64,000 bases of DNA from Candidatus Doudnabacteria bacterium (GCA_963768175.1 CAVYGQ010000001.1:100481-164480); one strand, 5' to 3'; shown: positions 1 to 9,649, counted from the first letter of the stretch. The notes: generated from the sequence alone by a model not told the origin. Program-made: numbers and translations.

Positions 1-1
1 T

Positions 2-1294
2 AACCACTCGTCTTTGCATTTAATGGGGATGGTCAGTCCGGGCGGCGTACATAGTTTTGACGAACATCTATACGCTTTGCTTTCAATGGCCGCGGACTTG
101 GGCCAAAAAAAAGTCTACATACACATGTTTACCGATGGGCGGGATACCGACCAAAAAATCGCCACAGAGACTTTAAAAGTGTTTTATGAAAGAATTGGCC
201 GTGCCGGCGTGGGCAAAATTGCTACTGTTACCGGACGTTTTTACGCCATGGACAGAGGCGGGCATTTTGGCCAGACGTTGATGACTTATCAGGCCTTGGT
301 GGAAGGCAAAGGCGATATTGCCCATTCGGCCGAGGAAGCGATAAAAAACAGTTATAAGGCGCAAATTTTTGATGAAATGATAAAGCCTACGGTTATTGTT
401 GACGAAGAAAACCAGCCGGTGGGCAAGATTTCCGATAATGATTCCGTGATTTTTATAAATTTCCGTTCCGACAGGGCGCTTCAGCTGTCACAGGTTTTTA
501 TCCAGCCCGAAATTCTGCCCGAGGAGATGCGCCCAAAACCATTGCAGAATTTATTTTTTGCCACCATGACCGAGTACGCTCCGGATTTGCCGGCAAAGGC
601 CGCTTTTGGGCCGGTAAGCCTGAAAAATAATCTGGCCGAAGTTATCTCCGACCGCGGTTTAAGCCAGTTCCATATTGCCGAGAGCGAAAAATACGCCCAC
701 GTTACGGCCTTTTTCAATTGCCGCAAGACCGAAAAATATCCGGGCGAGGAACGGGAAATTGTCACCAGCCCGGAAAATAACGCCCGTAATTATGTTGATC
801 ATCCGGAAATGTCTGCGGAAACATTGACCGATATTTTAACGCAGAAAATATTATCCACCGAGACGAATTTTTTTGTGGCCAATTTTGCCAACACCGACAT
901 GGTGGGGCACACCGGAAATTTACAGGCTGGGATTGAAGCCGTGGAGTTTATTGACGGATGCTTAAAGAAAATTATGGATGCGTGCTTAATGAGTGATTCC
1001 GCGCTGATAATTACGGCCGACCACGGCAACTGTGAGCAAATGATAAACACCAAAACCGGCGATATAGATAAAGACCATACCACCAATCCGGTGCCCTTTT
1101 TGCTGGTGGCTAATGAATTTAAGTTCTCCAAACCTTCAGGCCATGATTATTCTTTTTTGGCCGCGCGCGTGCCTGCCGGCGTAATTTCCGACGTCGCACC
1201 CACGATTTTAGAGCTTTTTGGCCTCCCTAAGCCCGTGGAGATGACGGGGGTTAGTTTGTTTACCGAAATAGACGTCGTGCCGAGGAAGAAATAA
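2..1294 (+). CDS. gpmI: 2,3-bisphosphoglycerate-independent phosphoglycerate mutase (5'-truncated by window edge)
   Basis: Motifs HLMGMVSPGGVHS, DGRD, GRFYAMDR, NFRSDR, ESEKYAHVT, NTDMVGHTG, TADHGNCE, HTTNPVP; frame is open to the window start. Confidence 0.96.
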   Translation, partial: NHSSLHLMGMVSPGGVHSFDEHLYALLSMAADLGQKKVYIHMFTDGRDTDQKIATETLKVFYERIGRAGVGKIATVTGRFYAMDRGGHFGQTLMTYQALVEGKGDIAHSAEEAIKNSYKAQIFDEMIKPTVIVDEENQPVGKISDNDSVIFINFRSDRALQLSQVFIQPEILPEEMRPKPLQNLFFATMTEYAPDLPAKAAFGPVSLKNNLAEVISDRGLSQFHIAESEKYAHVTAFFNCRKTEKYPGEEREIVTSPENNARNYVDHPEMSAETLTDILTQKILSTETNFFVANFANTDMVGHTGNLQAGIEAVEFIDGCLKKIMDACLMSDSALIITADHGNCEQMINTKTGDIDKDHTTNPVPFLLVANEFKFSKPSGHDYSFLAARVPAGVISDVAPTILELFGLPKPVEMTGVSLFTEIDVVPRKK

Positions 1295-1427
1295 GATTGA
1301 CAAAAATTTGTTAAAATTTGTTTGCTTCCAGTATGGTCGGCTAAGGGACTGGCTTTTTTTATCCAGCACCTTTTTAAGGTGTTTGGATTTATTTGGCTGA
1401 AAAATGCTAGAATGAAGTTATCCTTTA

Positions 1428-1513
1428 TTCGGCGTCATCCTGAGCGGAGCGAAGGATCTCTTTCTAGGTTGAGATTCTTCGGTCGGATGCTACTGCTTCA
1501 GAATGACGCCGAA
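1428..1513. repeat. REP-like palindromic element, family A (GGCGTCATYCYGA...TCRGRATGACGCC)
   Basis: Terminal inverted repeats ttcggcgtcatcctga / tcagaatgacgccgaa; related copies at 3160, 8598, 29474, 30771-30989, 32138. Confidence 0.9.
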
Positions 1514-1524
1514 AAACCATAATT

Positions 1525-3408
1525 ATGCCTAAAATTTGGAAAGTAAAAACCAAAATTCCCGATGACATCGCGCAAAATTTATCGGAGTATCCGGAACTTT
1601 TGCGGCAGCTGTTTTTTAATCGTGGATTGACGGGAAAAGACCAAATTCAGGATTTTTTGGAGCCAAAATACGAAAATCTATACAGCCCGTTTTTGTTTAA
1701 AGATATGGAAAAGGCGGTGGAGCGGATTTGGCAGGCAATTGACCGGAGTGAAAAAATTTGTATTTATGGCGACTATGATGCCGACGCGATTACTGCCAAC
1801 GCGGTGCTGGCGCAGACGTTTAAATATTTAGGCGTTGAGATTTTATCGTACATCCCTGACAGGTTTACCGAAGGATACGGCATTAATATCGATGCTCTGT
1901 TAAAGATAAAGGATGAAGGATCAAAGATAATCATAACCGTTGATTGCGGCACTAATTCCGCTGACGCGGCAGAGTTTTGCAAAAAAAATAATATCGATCT
2001 AATTATTACCGACCATCATGAAATCATCGGAGAGGTTCCTGATGCTTACGCGCTGATAAATCCCAAAAATCCCGATGACAATTATCTATACCGCGATATT
2101 ACGGGAGTCGGGGTGGCATTTAAGCTGGCTTGCGGGATTTTATCAAAACGTGAAAAAATTATCGCGCGTTTTGAACCCTCACCCCTAGCCCCTCTCCCAA
2201 AGGGGGAGGGGAAGCCCGGAGTTGTGGGATGGGAAAAGTGGCTGCTTGATTTGGTGGCCATCGGCACGGTGGCGGATTGCCACAGCCTACTGGGGGAGAA
2301 TCGGATATTAGTAAAGTATGGTTTAAAAGTTTTGGCCAAGACGAAGTGGATTGGTTTACGCGCGTTGATGGAATCCGCGGGTTTGGCAGAGGTGTCCCCT
2401 CTGCAGCAGAGGGGACACCTCTGCCCGTTGAAGCCGCTTGATACCTATACCCTAGGCTTTATCATCGCGCCGAGATTAAACGCGGCGGGCAGGCTGGAGC
2501 ATGCCGGCATTGCTTTGGATCTATTGCTGGAAACCGATGCCAATCGCGCAAACGAAAAAGCCCGCAAACTGGAAGCCATAAATACGCGCCGGCAGGGGCT
2601 GACTGCGGAGGTGTTAAGCGAGGCCAAGGAAAAGGTCTTATTGCTTAAGGAAAGAAAAGTTTTGGCACTTGTAGGTGAAGGTTGGCCCAAAGGCGTAATG
2701 GGCCTGGTCGCCGGTAAATTGGCCGAGGAATTTTATAAGCCTACGATTGTGTTGGAAAAAACGGAGAATTTATGCACTGGTTCGGCCAGAACCGCCGGCA
2801 AGTTTGATATTTTGGAGGCTTTAAAGTTTTCTTCCGAGCATTTGTCCAAATTTGGCGGCCATAAACAGGCCGCTGGTTTGAGTTTAGAGGCCAATAAATT
2901 TGACCTTTTTTACCAGAAACTATTGGAATATGCCGAGGTAAAAATTGCGCCGGAATCGGCACAAAAAGCCCTTGAGCTGGAAGCAAAACTTGAGGGTCAT
3001 GACCTAATACCTAACACCTATAACCTAATATCTAAACTCCAGCCATTCGGCGTGGACAATCCCACTCCAAAATTTTTAGTTTCCAATCTTGAAGTTTCAT
3101 CAATCCGCATGGTCGGCAAGCAAACCCAGCATTTGCAGGTGAGATTTATATTGCCTTTTCGGCGTCATTCTGACCCTGAGCGGAGCGAAGGGGAAGAATC
3201 TCAATCAAAAGGAGAGATCCTTCGCTCCGCTCAGGATGACGCCGGGGTGAGTGGCAGGGAAATCGCCGGTATTATGTTTAATGCGCCGGATTTTGCCAAA
3301 ACTTTGAAAATCGGCGATACTGTAGATGTCGCGGCAGAGTTAATTGAGGACGGGTGGAACGGGAAGAGGGAAGTGAAGTTGCGCATCGTAGACCTAAAAA
3401 TTATCTAA
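1525..3408 (+). CDS. recJ: Single-stranded-DNA-specific exonuclease RecJ, carrying in-frame repeat-derived insertions
   Basis: YGDYDADA, ITVDCG, TDHH, GTVADC, PRLNAAGR, GGHKQAAG, PFGVDNP motifs. Confidence 0.96.
   Translation: MPKIWKVKTKIPDDIAQNLSEYPELLRQLFFNRGLTGKDQIQDFLEPKYENLYSPFLFKDMEKAVERIWQAIDRSEKICIYGDYDADAITANAVLAQTFKYLGVEILSYIPDRFTEGYGINIDALLKIKDEGSKIIITVDCGTNSADAAEFCKKNNIDLIITDHHEIIGEVPDAYALINPKNPDDNYLYRDITGVGVAFKLACGILSKREKIIARFEPSPLAPLPKGEGKPGVVGWEKWLLDLVAIGTVADCHSLLGENRILVKYGLKVLAKTKWIGLRALMESAGLAEVSPLQQRGHLCPLKPLDTYTLGFIIAPRLNAAGRLEHAGIALDLLLETDANRANEKARKLEAINTRRQGLTAEVLSEAKEKVLLLKERKVLALVGEGWPKGVMGLVAGKLAEEFYKPTIVLEKTENLCTGSARTAGKFDILEALKFSSEHLSKFGGHKQAAGLSLEANKFDLFYQKLLEYAEVKIAPESAQKALELEAKLEGHDLIPNTYNLISKLQPFGVDNPTPKFLVSNLEVSSIRMVGKQTQHLQVRFILPFRRHSDPERSEGEESQSKGEILRSAQDDAGVSGREIAGIMFNAPDFAKTLKIGDTVDVAAELIEDGWNGKREVKLRIVDLKII
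2176..2211. repeat. Family B palindrome (CCCTCACC...CCTCTCCC/GGGRGAGGG) in frame in recJ
   Basis: ccctcacccctagcccctctcccaaagggggagggg encodes PSPLAPLPKGEG; similar copy in dusB at 31683. Confidence 0.8.
2385..2425. repeat. Perfect 20-bp inverted repeat in frame in recJ
   Basis: ggcagaggtgtcccctctgc-a-gcagaggggacacctctgcc encodes AEVSPLQQRGHLCP. Confidence 0.9.
3160..3244. repeat. Family A REP-like element in frame in recJ
   Basis: cggcgtcattctga...tcaggatgacgccg encodes RRHSDPERSEGEESQSKGEILRSAQDDAG; homologous to intergenic copy 1428-1513. Confidence 0.92.
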
Positions 3409-3483
3409 ACATCTAAACATATAAACATTTAAGCATTCAGTAGTTGCTTATATGTTTGCATGTTTAAATGTTAATATGTTTAT
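3403..3483. repeat. Junction hairpin of inverted 8-mer tandem repeats (ATNTAAAC)n...(ATGTTTA)n
   Basis: Spans recJ stop to rnhA start; same family at 30246-30322. Confidence 0.8.
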
Positions 3484-3885
3484 ATGAAACTTATCATCAA
3501 CACCGACGGCGGGGCGCGCGGTAATCCCGGGCCGGCGGGGATTGGCGTTGTAATTGCCGATGGCGTTGGGCATATCATCAGCCGCCACAAAAAATATATC
3601 GGCGAAGCGACCAATAACGTAGCGGAATATAAGGCCTTGATTTTGGCGTTAAAGGAAGCGCACAAGCTCAAAACTGATCAACTGTTGGTAAATATGGATA
3701 GCGAACTAATAGTCCGGCAAATGCAGGGCAGGTATAAAATAAAAGAGCTGTCGCTCAAGCTTTTGGCGGCGGAAGCGTTAAAACTCATCAGCCAATTTAA
3801 AAACGTGATTTTCCATCACGTCCCCAGAGAACAAAATAAGGAAGCGGATAAACTGGTAAACGAGGCGATAGATAAAGTTATCTAA
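3484..3885 (+). CDS. rnhA: Ribonuclease HI (archaeal/actinobacterial-like)
   Basis: NTDGGARGNPGPAGIG, ATNNVAEY, DSELIVRQ, HVPREQNKEAD. Confidence 0.93.
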   Translation: MKLIINTDGGARGNPGPAGIGVVIADGVGHIISRHKKYIGEATNNVAEYKALILALKEAHKLKTDQLLVNMDSELIVRQMQGRYKIKELSLKLLAAEALKLISQFKNVIFHHVPREQNKEADKLVNEAIDKVI

Positions 3886-5182
3886 TCACCAAACTTTTTA
3901 ACTCGCCGTTGTCCAAAAGCAAAACGTTTTGGCCGGCGGAGTCTATATAAAACTTTTTTACATCAGTCCCTTGGTAAAGCTGGTACTGGTTTTGGTTATC
4001 GCGCGTGTCCAGTTCTATGGCCATAAGCTTTTCGCCTTGGAAATAGAAAGCGTTGCCGATGGAATTTAAAATTTTAGGGTTGGTCAAAGTTTCGCTGCTG
4101 CGCGTGACAAAGTTTAAATTTTCGCCTAACGGGTCATAATAATCCAATTCGCCGGAATGAATTACGGATAAAAGGGAATCGCTGGGGTTAAAACTGAAGC
4201 CGGAAATATTGTCAGCAAGCTGCTGCATGCCGGAACTTACTGAGTAAAGCTTCGTATCTGCCAGCAGAAAAATTTCTTTTTCAAAAGTTACAAACAATAC
4301 GCCAAAGTTAAAGGCAGGCAGGGTATCGGCCAAGTCCTGGCTTACGGAAAAGGGCGCCTGGCTTACGAAGAGAGCGTAATTTTGGCCTTTTTGCTGGACA
4401 AAATACAGCGCTCCACCCTCGGGGGAAAAAGTTTTGACCCCGGAAAATAGGACAATTTTGGTTTTGGTTGCCGGGTTTATTGAATATAAAACATTGTTGC
4501 TTAAGGCGTAAAGCCCTCCGTCATCCCCGAATTGCAACTCAGGCAGTGTGCCAAATAGACTGCTTATGTCGTAAATTTCTCCCACGTTTTGGTTGAAAAT
4601 CAGCAAAACCGGGGAAGAGGTAGCGGCTTGGGAATTAGTAAGGGCAAAAATTTTTCCGGCTCCATCCTCGGCTAAAATTTTGTTTACGTTTTTTGGCAGG
4701 CTATAGGTTTGCGCGGCATCGGGATTATCTAAAACGGAAGTTACTAAGCCGCCTTTGGTCAAATAAATAAAATTTTTATCGTGGCTGTAAAAGTCCAAAA
4801 CTCCCTGGACCAGATTTTGAACCGAAGGATTTTTTAAAAATAAATAAATGTTGCCGAAAGAGGGGTTGGCCCAAGTTACCTGCCCGGCTTCAATAGTCAG
4901 CCTTTTGGTCCAATCTGAGTAGCCGGGTTTTTTTAAGCTGACCGTGTAACTGCCGGGCAAAAGGAAGGTCAGGTCCCCCTGGCTTTGGCGTTTTTGTTGG
5001 CCGTCCAAAAAGATCGCCGCGTCTTGGGGGTTGCTGCGCACCGCTAAAATTCCGGTCTGAACAAAACTCTTGCTGTCAAAATCAAAGCCGACGCCTTTTA
5101 CGTAAAGCACAATTATCGGAGCGGCTATGAGGAAAAAAATAAAACCTATAGCGATAATAAAATAACGGCTTTTTCTGGTCAT
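3878..5182 (-). CDS. Membrane-anchored PEGA-domain protein with probable beta-propeller C-terminus
   Basis: N-terminal TM, then TGILAVRSNPQDAAIFLDG...LPGSYTVSLKKPGYSDW (PEGA). Confidence 0.8.
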   Translation of the reverse strand: MTRKSRYFIIAIGFIFFLIAAPIIVLYVKGVGFDFDSKSFVQTGILAVRSNPQDAAIFLDGQQKRQSQGDLTFLLPGSYTVSLKKPGYSDWTKRLTIEAGQVTWANPSFGNIYLFLKNPSVQNLVQGVLDFYSHDKNFIYLTKGGLVTSVLDNPDAAQTYSLPKNVNKILAEDGAGKIFALTNSQAATSSPVLLIFNQNVGEIYDISSLFGTLPELQFGDDGGLYALSNNVLYSINPATKTKIVLFSGVKTFSPEGGALYFVQQKGQNYALFVSQAPFSVSQDLADTLPAFNFGVLFVTFEKEIFLLADTKLYSVSSGMQQLADNISGFSFNPSDSLLSVIHSGELDYYDPLGENLNFVTRSSETLTNPKILNSIGNAFYFQGEKLMAIELDTRDNQNQYQLYQGTDVKKFYIDSAGQNVLLLDNGELKSLVIR

Positions 5183-5252
5183 GGTTACTATATTTTAGCG
5201 TAATTTTGCCGTTGTTACAATTGGTTAGGTTTGGTATAATAAGAGCTGTTTG

Positions 5253-5352
5253 TATAATCCGAATTATCCGAATACTGCAATCCAAATGACCCGAATGGGG
5301 GAACGGATAGATTTGGGGCATTCGGATATTAATTCGGGGTATTAGGATTATA
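5253..5352. mobile_element. Empty (non-autonomous) copy of the GxxExxY-element termini
   Basis: tataatccgaattatccgaatactgcaatccaaatgacccgaat ... cattcggatattaattcggggtattaggattata matches both ends of 11213-11658 with ~17 bp in place of the gene. Confidence 0.85.
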
Positions 5353-5357
5353 TTTCC

Positions 5358-6365
5358 ATGTTTGAAACGAAAATCGGCATAGATTTGGGCACGGCCAATA
5401 CTTTGGTTTACGTGCCCAAGCGGGGGATTATTATTAACGAGCCAACCGTGGTTGCCATTTCTTTGGAGGACAACCGTATTTTGGCAGTGGGGCAGGAAGC
5501 TAAGGAAATGCTCGGCCGCACTCCGGAGACGATTGTCGCCTCGCGCCCCATGAAAGACGGCGTAATTGCCGACTACCGCGTAACCGAAGCTATGCTCCGC
5601 TATTTTATCAATAAGGCTTTGGGCAACATCAGGTTTTTTAGGCCCGAGGTTATGATTTCCGTTCCGGGAGGGATTACTTCTACGGAAAGAAGGGCGGTTG
5701 TGGATGCGGCGCTCGCGGCCGGCGCCAAGGCGGCCTACGTGATAAAGGAAACCGTGGCCGCGGCTATTGGCGCGGGGATTCCCATAGCCGAAGCCAGGGG
5801 CAATTTGGTCATTGATGTCGGCGGCGGTACTACGGACGTGGCGGTATTATCTTTGGGCGGAATAGTTAATTCCACTTCCGTGCGCGTGGCCGGCAACCGG
5901 CTGGACCAGGCCATAGTGGATTTTGTCAGGAGAAAACACAGCTTGGCCATTGGTGACCGCACGGCCGAGGAAATTAAAATTACCATCGGCAGCGCCGTAA
6001 TTCTAAATGAAGAAGAACTTATGGAAGTTAAGGGCCGCGATATGATTTCCGGCTTGCCTAAAACCGTTACGGTTGCCTCTAACGAGGTGGTTCAGGCCAT
6101 TACCGAGGATCTTTTGGAAATTGCCAAGGCGGTAAAAACCGTGCTTCAGGATACCCCGCCGGAACTGGCTTCGGATATTATAGACAAAGGCATGGTTTTA
6201 ACGGGCGGAACGGCACTGTTGCGCAATATAGATCATTTTATTTCCCAGAGCGTGGGCGTTCCCTGTTTTGTGGCCGAAGATCCGCTTTTGTCCGTAGCCA
6301 AAGGTACGGGCGTGGCTTTGGATAACCTTGATAGTTATAAAAAGAGCATTTTAAGCGCGAAATAG
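5358..6365 (+). CDS. mreB: Rod shape-determining protein MreB
   Basis: IGIDLGTANT, RPMKDGVIADY, DVGGGTTD, LTGGTALL. Confidence 0.97.
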   Translation: MFETKIGIDLGTANTLVYVPKRGIIINEPTVVAISLEDNRILAVGQEAKEMLGRTPETIVASRPMKDGVIADYRVTEAMLRYFINKALGNIRFFRPEVMISVPGGITSTERRAVVDAALAAGAKAAYVIKETVAAAIGAGIPIAEARGNLVIDVGGGTTDVAVLSLGGIVNSTSVRVAGNRLDQAIVDFVRRKHSLAIGDRTAEEIKITIGSAVILNEEELMEVKGRDMISGLPKTVTVASNEVVQAITEDLLEIAKAVKTVLQDTPPELASDIIDKGMVLTGGTALLRNIDHFISQSVGVPCFVAEDPLLSVAKGTGVALDNLDSYKKSILSAK

Positions 6366-6444
6366 GATTTTTTTGTAATTTGATTAAAATTTAAAATTAT
6401 CCTATAATAAAAACAAATCAATTTAAAATCCGAAACAAAAATAT

Positions 6445-6915
6445 ATGGCAAGGAAATCTTTGTATCTATTTTTGGCCGCTCTTTTAGGGACGCTTTTGTT
6501 TTTGATTGCCCATCAGGTAGTGTATTTTATTTACATTTACATGCTTAGCGCGGGGCTTGTAACCACCGGTATGAGCTATGTGGAATTTTTGGCCATTGAA
6601 TACTTTACCCTGACTATTACCCTTTTGCTCGGCGCGTGGTATGGTATTTGGCTGGGCCTTTATTGGTACGAAAAAGTTTATGAAGAAAAAAGCCATAAGG
6701 GTTTTGTGCACCATGTGGCGGTTAACTATTTTCCCGGCCCCAAACCTAAAGCTCCGGAAAGCCAAATGGCCCAAGTCAAGGAGCGTCTGGAGGAAAATTT
6801 GTGGCGACTGGAAGATTTGGCCAAAAGTGAAGCAAGTTTGCCGCCCATGGTTGAGCCGGAGCCAATTAAGTGTAGGGTTGTGCGTAAGCGCGCGCCAAAG
6901 AAGTTACAACAGTAG
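6445..6915 (+). CDS. Hypothetical membrane protein
   Basis: 156-aa ORF with two hydrophobic helices; AT-rich promoter-like region upstream. Confidence 0.7.
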   Translation: MARKSLYLFLAALLGTLLFLIAHQVVYFIYIYMLSAGLVTTGMSYVEFLAIEYFTLTITLLLGAWYGIWLGLYWYEKVYEEKSHKGFVHHVAVNYFPGPKPKAPESQMAQVKERLEENLWRLEDLAKSEASLPPMVEPEPIKCRVVRKRAPKKLQQ

Positions 6916-6939
6916 GCTTACGCGTTAGACAAATAATAG

Positions 6940-7020
6940 TGTTCGACCTTGTGGAGAACCTATTATTTGTCATAATTCCTTAAGCTTTTTTAGAAAAATA
7001 TCTTCTCCACAAGGTCGAAG
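6940..7020. repeat. Inverted-repeat element (TTCGACCTTGTGGAGAA...TTCTCCACAAGGTCGAA)
   Basis: 17-bp arms around a ~45-bp spacer. Confidence 0.75.
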
Positions 7021-7089
7021 GATATTTTTCTAACGATAGTTTCGTGAAATGCGTGAGTGCCGTTTAGTTTCAAATAATTTGATGTCTCC

Positions 7090-7470
7090 ATGACCCCCAA
7101 AAAATTCTTGTTGCTACTTTTTGTACAATGGCTGGTTTTGGCTTTGCTCAAAGCCTGGTTTTTTAACAGCCAAATTTTTTCCAATCCCGGCTTCCAGCAA
7201 ACTATTTATTGGATTTTAACGGCAGCAATTACAGCGGCTTTAATAAGGCGTTTTGAACATATAAACTTTTTGGAAGCATTTTTCGTGATTATCGCCTGGA
7301 CTTTGCTGGATTTGCTCTTAGATCTTATTGTGCTCAGTCCCTATACCGGCGTATCTATTTATTCCGCTCCGGAATATTGGTGGGGCATTGTTGTTATGGT
7401 TACATCTATTTTGCTTTTTCATAAAAAGCGCCATATTAAAGTCCGGCACGATTTGCGAGCGCATCATTAG
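7090..7470 (+). CDS. Hypothetical four-TM membrane protein
   Basis: 126-aa hydrophobic ORF. Confidence 0.7.
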   Translation: MTPKKFLLLLFVQWLVLALLKAWFFNSQIFSNPGFQQTIYWILTAAITAALIRRFEHINFLEAFFVIIAWTLLDLLLDLIVLSPYTGVSIYSAPEYWWGIVVMVTSILLFHKKRHIKVRHDLRAHH

Positions 7471-7479
7471 AGTTGAAAG

Positions 7480-7857
7480 ATGAATATAAGAACGGCTCTT
7501 CCCAAAGATTTCGAAAGAATCAAGGTATTGATTGCCAGACATCCTAAACAGCTTATTCAGATTAACCTGCCAAAGCCGAAGGATTTTTTTGTGGCGGAAA
7601 AGGACGGTGAAATAATCGCCTGTTGCGCTTTGGAGGTATATTCCAAAAGAATGGCGGAGATTCGTAGCTTGGTGGTGGACCAGCGTTATTGGAGGCAGGG
7701 GATTGCCTCTAAGTTAATTAAGGAGTGTTTAAAAAAAGCTAAAAAATTTAAGGTTTACGAGGTACTTGGCGTGACCGGCTCGGTGTTGTTGTTTGAAAAC
7801 CAGGGCTTTAAAATGTTTAATAACGAGAAATACGCGCTGTTGAAAATCATGAAGTAG
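7480..7857 (+). CDS. GNAT family N-acetyltransferase (ArgA GNAT-domain-like)
   Basis: FFVAEKDGEIIACCAL, AEIRSLVVD..RQGIASKL acetyl-CoA motif. Confidence 0.85.
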   Translation: MNIRTALPKDFERIKVLIARHPKQLIQINLPKPKDFFVAEKDGEIIACCALEVYSKRMAEIRSLVVDQRYWRQGIASKLIKECLKKAKKFKVYEVLGVTGSVLLFENQGFKMFNNEKYALLKIMK

Positions 7858-8026
7858 GTGTGCGCGAACGAGAACCAGATATCTAACGACGGAGAATATC
7901 CGTTGTTTTTTGTTGTTCACACCCCAAAGCTTTAGCGAAGGGGTGTGAACAACTTTAGTTGCAAAAAGGTTCACCCAGCGCTAATTTACGCTGGTTTATT
8001 ATTGATGCTGGTTTAAAATTAAGCGA

Positions 8027-8085
8027 TTGACTTTAAGACTGTTTATGAGTATATTTAAATTAGTGCTGGGTGAACGAGCGTATAC
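8027..8085 (+). promoter_or_regulatory. dinB promoter with candidate LexA (SOS) box
   Basis: ttgact-17-tatatt (8027-8055) followed by GGTGAACGagCGTATA (8069-8084); same motif at the lexA promoter. Confidence 0.65.
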
Positions 8086-8094
8086 TATATCAAT

Positions 8095-8245
8095 ATAAAC
8101 ACTAAATCCTAAAAACTAAAAACTAAACAAATTATAAATTCTAAAATATAAAGTACAAACTGCTCCGTTTAAGGTTTCTGTTTAAAAATTTATGATTTAT
8201 GGTTTGTTTAGAGTTTAGAAATTAGATTTTAGATTTTTTGAATTT
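8095..8245. repeat. Junction hairpin of inverted degenerate heptamer repeats
   Basis: (CTAAANN)n left arm and (NNTTTAG)n right arm ending at the dinB ATG; same architecture as 15767-15901. Confidence 0.75.
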
Positions 8246-9643
8246 ATGCAATCCGTCATTATGCATCTGGACATGAATAGCTATTTTGCCTCTGTAGAAC
8301 AGCAGGATAATTTAGCCTGGCGTGGAAAGCCTGTGGGGGTATGCGAACATTTGGGAGGCATTATTATTGCGGCTTCGGTAGAGGCTAAGCGTTGGGGCAT
8401 TAAAACCGGCACGCCCGTCTGGGAAGCCCGCAAGCTTTACCCCAAAATTATCATTAGCCCCACGCATCCGGACCGTTACCGTTTTTTTAACCGCTCTATG
8501 GTTAAGGTTGTGTCCGATTACACTTCCGCCGTGGAGGTTTACAGCATAGACGAGGTTTTTGCGGATTTGACCAAGGCTTGCAATGTCCGTCTCTGCCGGC
8601 GTCATTCCGAGCGAGTGCATCCGAGCGAGGAATCTCTTATTAGGCTAAGTGTAAGAGATCCCTTGTCCTCGGATGCACTCGGACTCAGGATGACGCCTGG
8701 GGAGAGCATGGCCGACCCTTTTGAAGAAGCTGTAAACATCGCTAAGGAAATCAAGCGGCGGTTTAAGGCCGAAGTGGGAGACTGGCTAAGGTGCAGCATC
8801 GGCATCGCCGAAAATAAATTGCTGGCCAAAATCGGTTCGGATTTTAAAAAACCCGATGGACTAGTGGTTATAACCGACAAGGGGCATCCTTGTGCAGCAC
8901 AAGGATGCCCCTTGTGGCTTTCTAAAGACGATATATACGATCGTCTGCGTCTTACCGACATCCCCGGTATTGGCCGGCGCCAAGAGAATAATTTAAACCA
9001 ACTTGGCATTAAGACGCTTAAAGAATTACGTGATTTTCCCAAAAGCCATTTAGTTGCCAGGTTCGGCAACATTATGGGCCATCATTTGTATAATATCGGG
9101 CAATTGCAGGGAACTTGGAAAGCTCCCGTCCATCAGGAACAAGAAATTAAGTCCATGGGCCATATGTATACTTTGCCGCAGGAGTTCCGCCGGCCGGAAT
9201 TTTTTATGCCCGTTCTCTATAAATTATGCGAGATGGTCGGCCGGCGCCTGCGCAGGAAGAGTTTAATGGGCAACCTTATTTACTTTTATTGTCACGATAA
9301 AGATTATCAGGGATTCGGCAAAAGCGTTAAGCTTGGATATTTTGTGCAGGACGGCAGGGAAATATTTTTGGTTGCCGCGGATATATACGCGGATCTGTTA
9401 CGCGGATCTAAACGCGGAGCGTTGGGGGTAAAGCTCATCGGCGTTACCGTGGCAGGCCTTCGGCCTTATGTCCATCAGCTTAGTTTGTTTGGTGATGTTG
9501 AGCGGCGGCTTAAGGCGACAAAGGCCCTGGACAAGATTAACGACAAATACGGGGAATTTACCATTTTGCGCGCGCAAATGCTGCCGGCCGGCAAAGCCTT
9601 TGCCGATTCCATAGGTTTTGGCAGGGTAAAGGAGCTTGGGTAG
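8246..9643 (+). CDS. dinB: DNA polymerase IV (Y family), with in-frame repeat insertions
   Basis: HLDMNSYFASVEQ, YSIDE, SIGIAENKLLAK, KPDG, IPGIG HhH. Confidence 0.95.
   Translation: MQSVIMHLDMNSYFASVEQQDNLAWRGKPVGVCEHLGGIIIAASVEAKRWGIKTGTPVWEARKLYPKIIISPTHPDRYRFFNRSMVKVVSDYTSAVEVYSIDEVFADLTKACNVRLCRRHSERVHPSEESLIRLSVRDPLSSDALGLRMTPGESMADPFEEAVNIAKEIKRRFKAEVGDWLRCSIGIAENKLLAKIGSDFKKPDGLVVITDKGHPCAAQGCPLWLSKDDIYDRLRLTDIPGIGRRQENNLNQLGIKTLKELRDFPKSHLVARFGNIMGHHLYNIGQLQGTWKAPVHQEQEIKSMGHMYTLPQEFRRPEFFMPVLYKLCEMVGRRLRRKSLMGNLIYFYCHDKDYQGFGKSVKLGYFVQDGREIFLVAADIYADLLRGSKRGALGVKLIGVTVAGLRPYVHQLSLFGDVERRLKATKALDKINDKYGEFTILRAQMLPAGKAFADSIGFGRVKELG
8598..8697. repeat. Family A REP-like element in frame in dinB
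   Basis: ggcgtcattccgag...ctcaggatgacgcc; the 21-mer cgagcgagtgcatccgagcga also occurs at 30779-30799. Confidence 0.9.
8877..8915. repeat. Perfect 19-bp inverted repeat in frame in dinB
   Basis: acaaggggcatccttgtgc-a-gcacaaggatgccccttgt encodes KGHPCAAQGCPL; same TGC-A-GCA apex as recJ 2385-2425. Confidence 0.88.
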
Positions 9644-9649
9644 AAAAGA

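Noticed and set aside
1322-1522. 66-aa ORF upstream of recJ
   Set aside because: Read-through of a promoter region and a family A repeat (RRHPERSEGS); not a credible gene.
2176-3244. Inteins or self-splicing introns as the source of insertions
   Set aside because: Inserts are only 10-35 aa, lack C/S...HN splice motifs or intron cores, and match intergenic palindromes.
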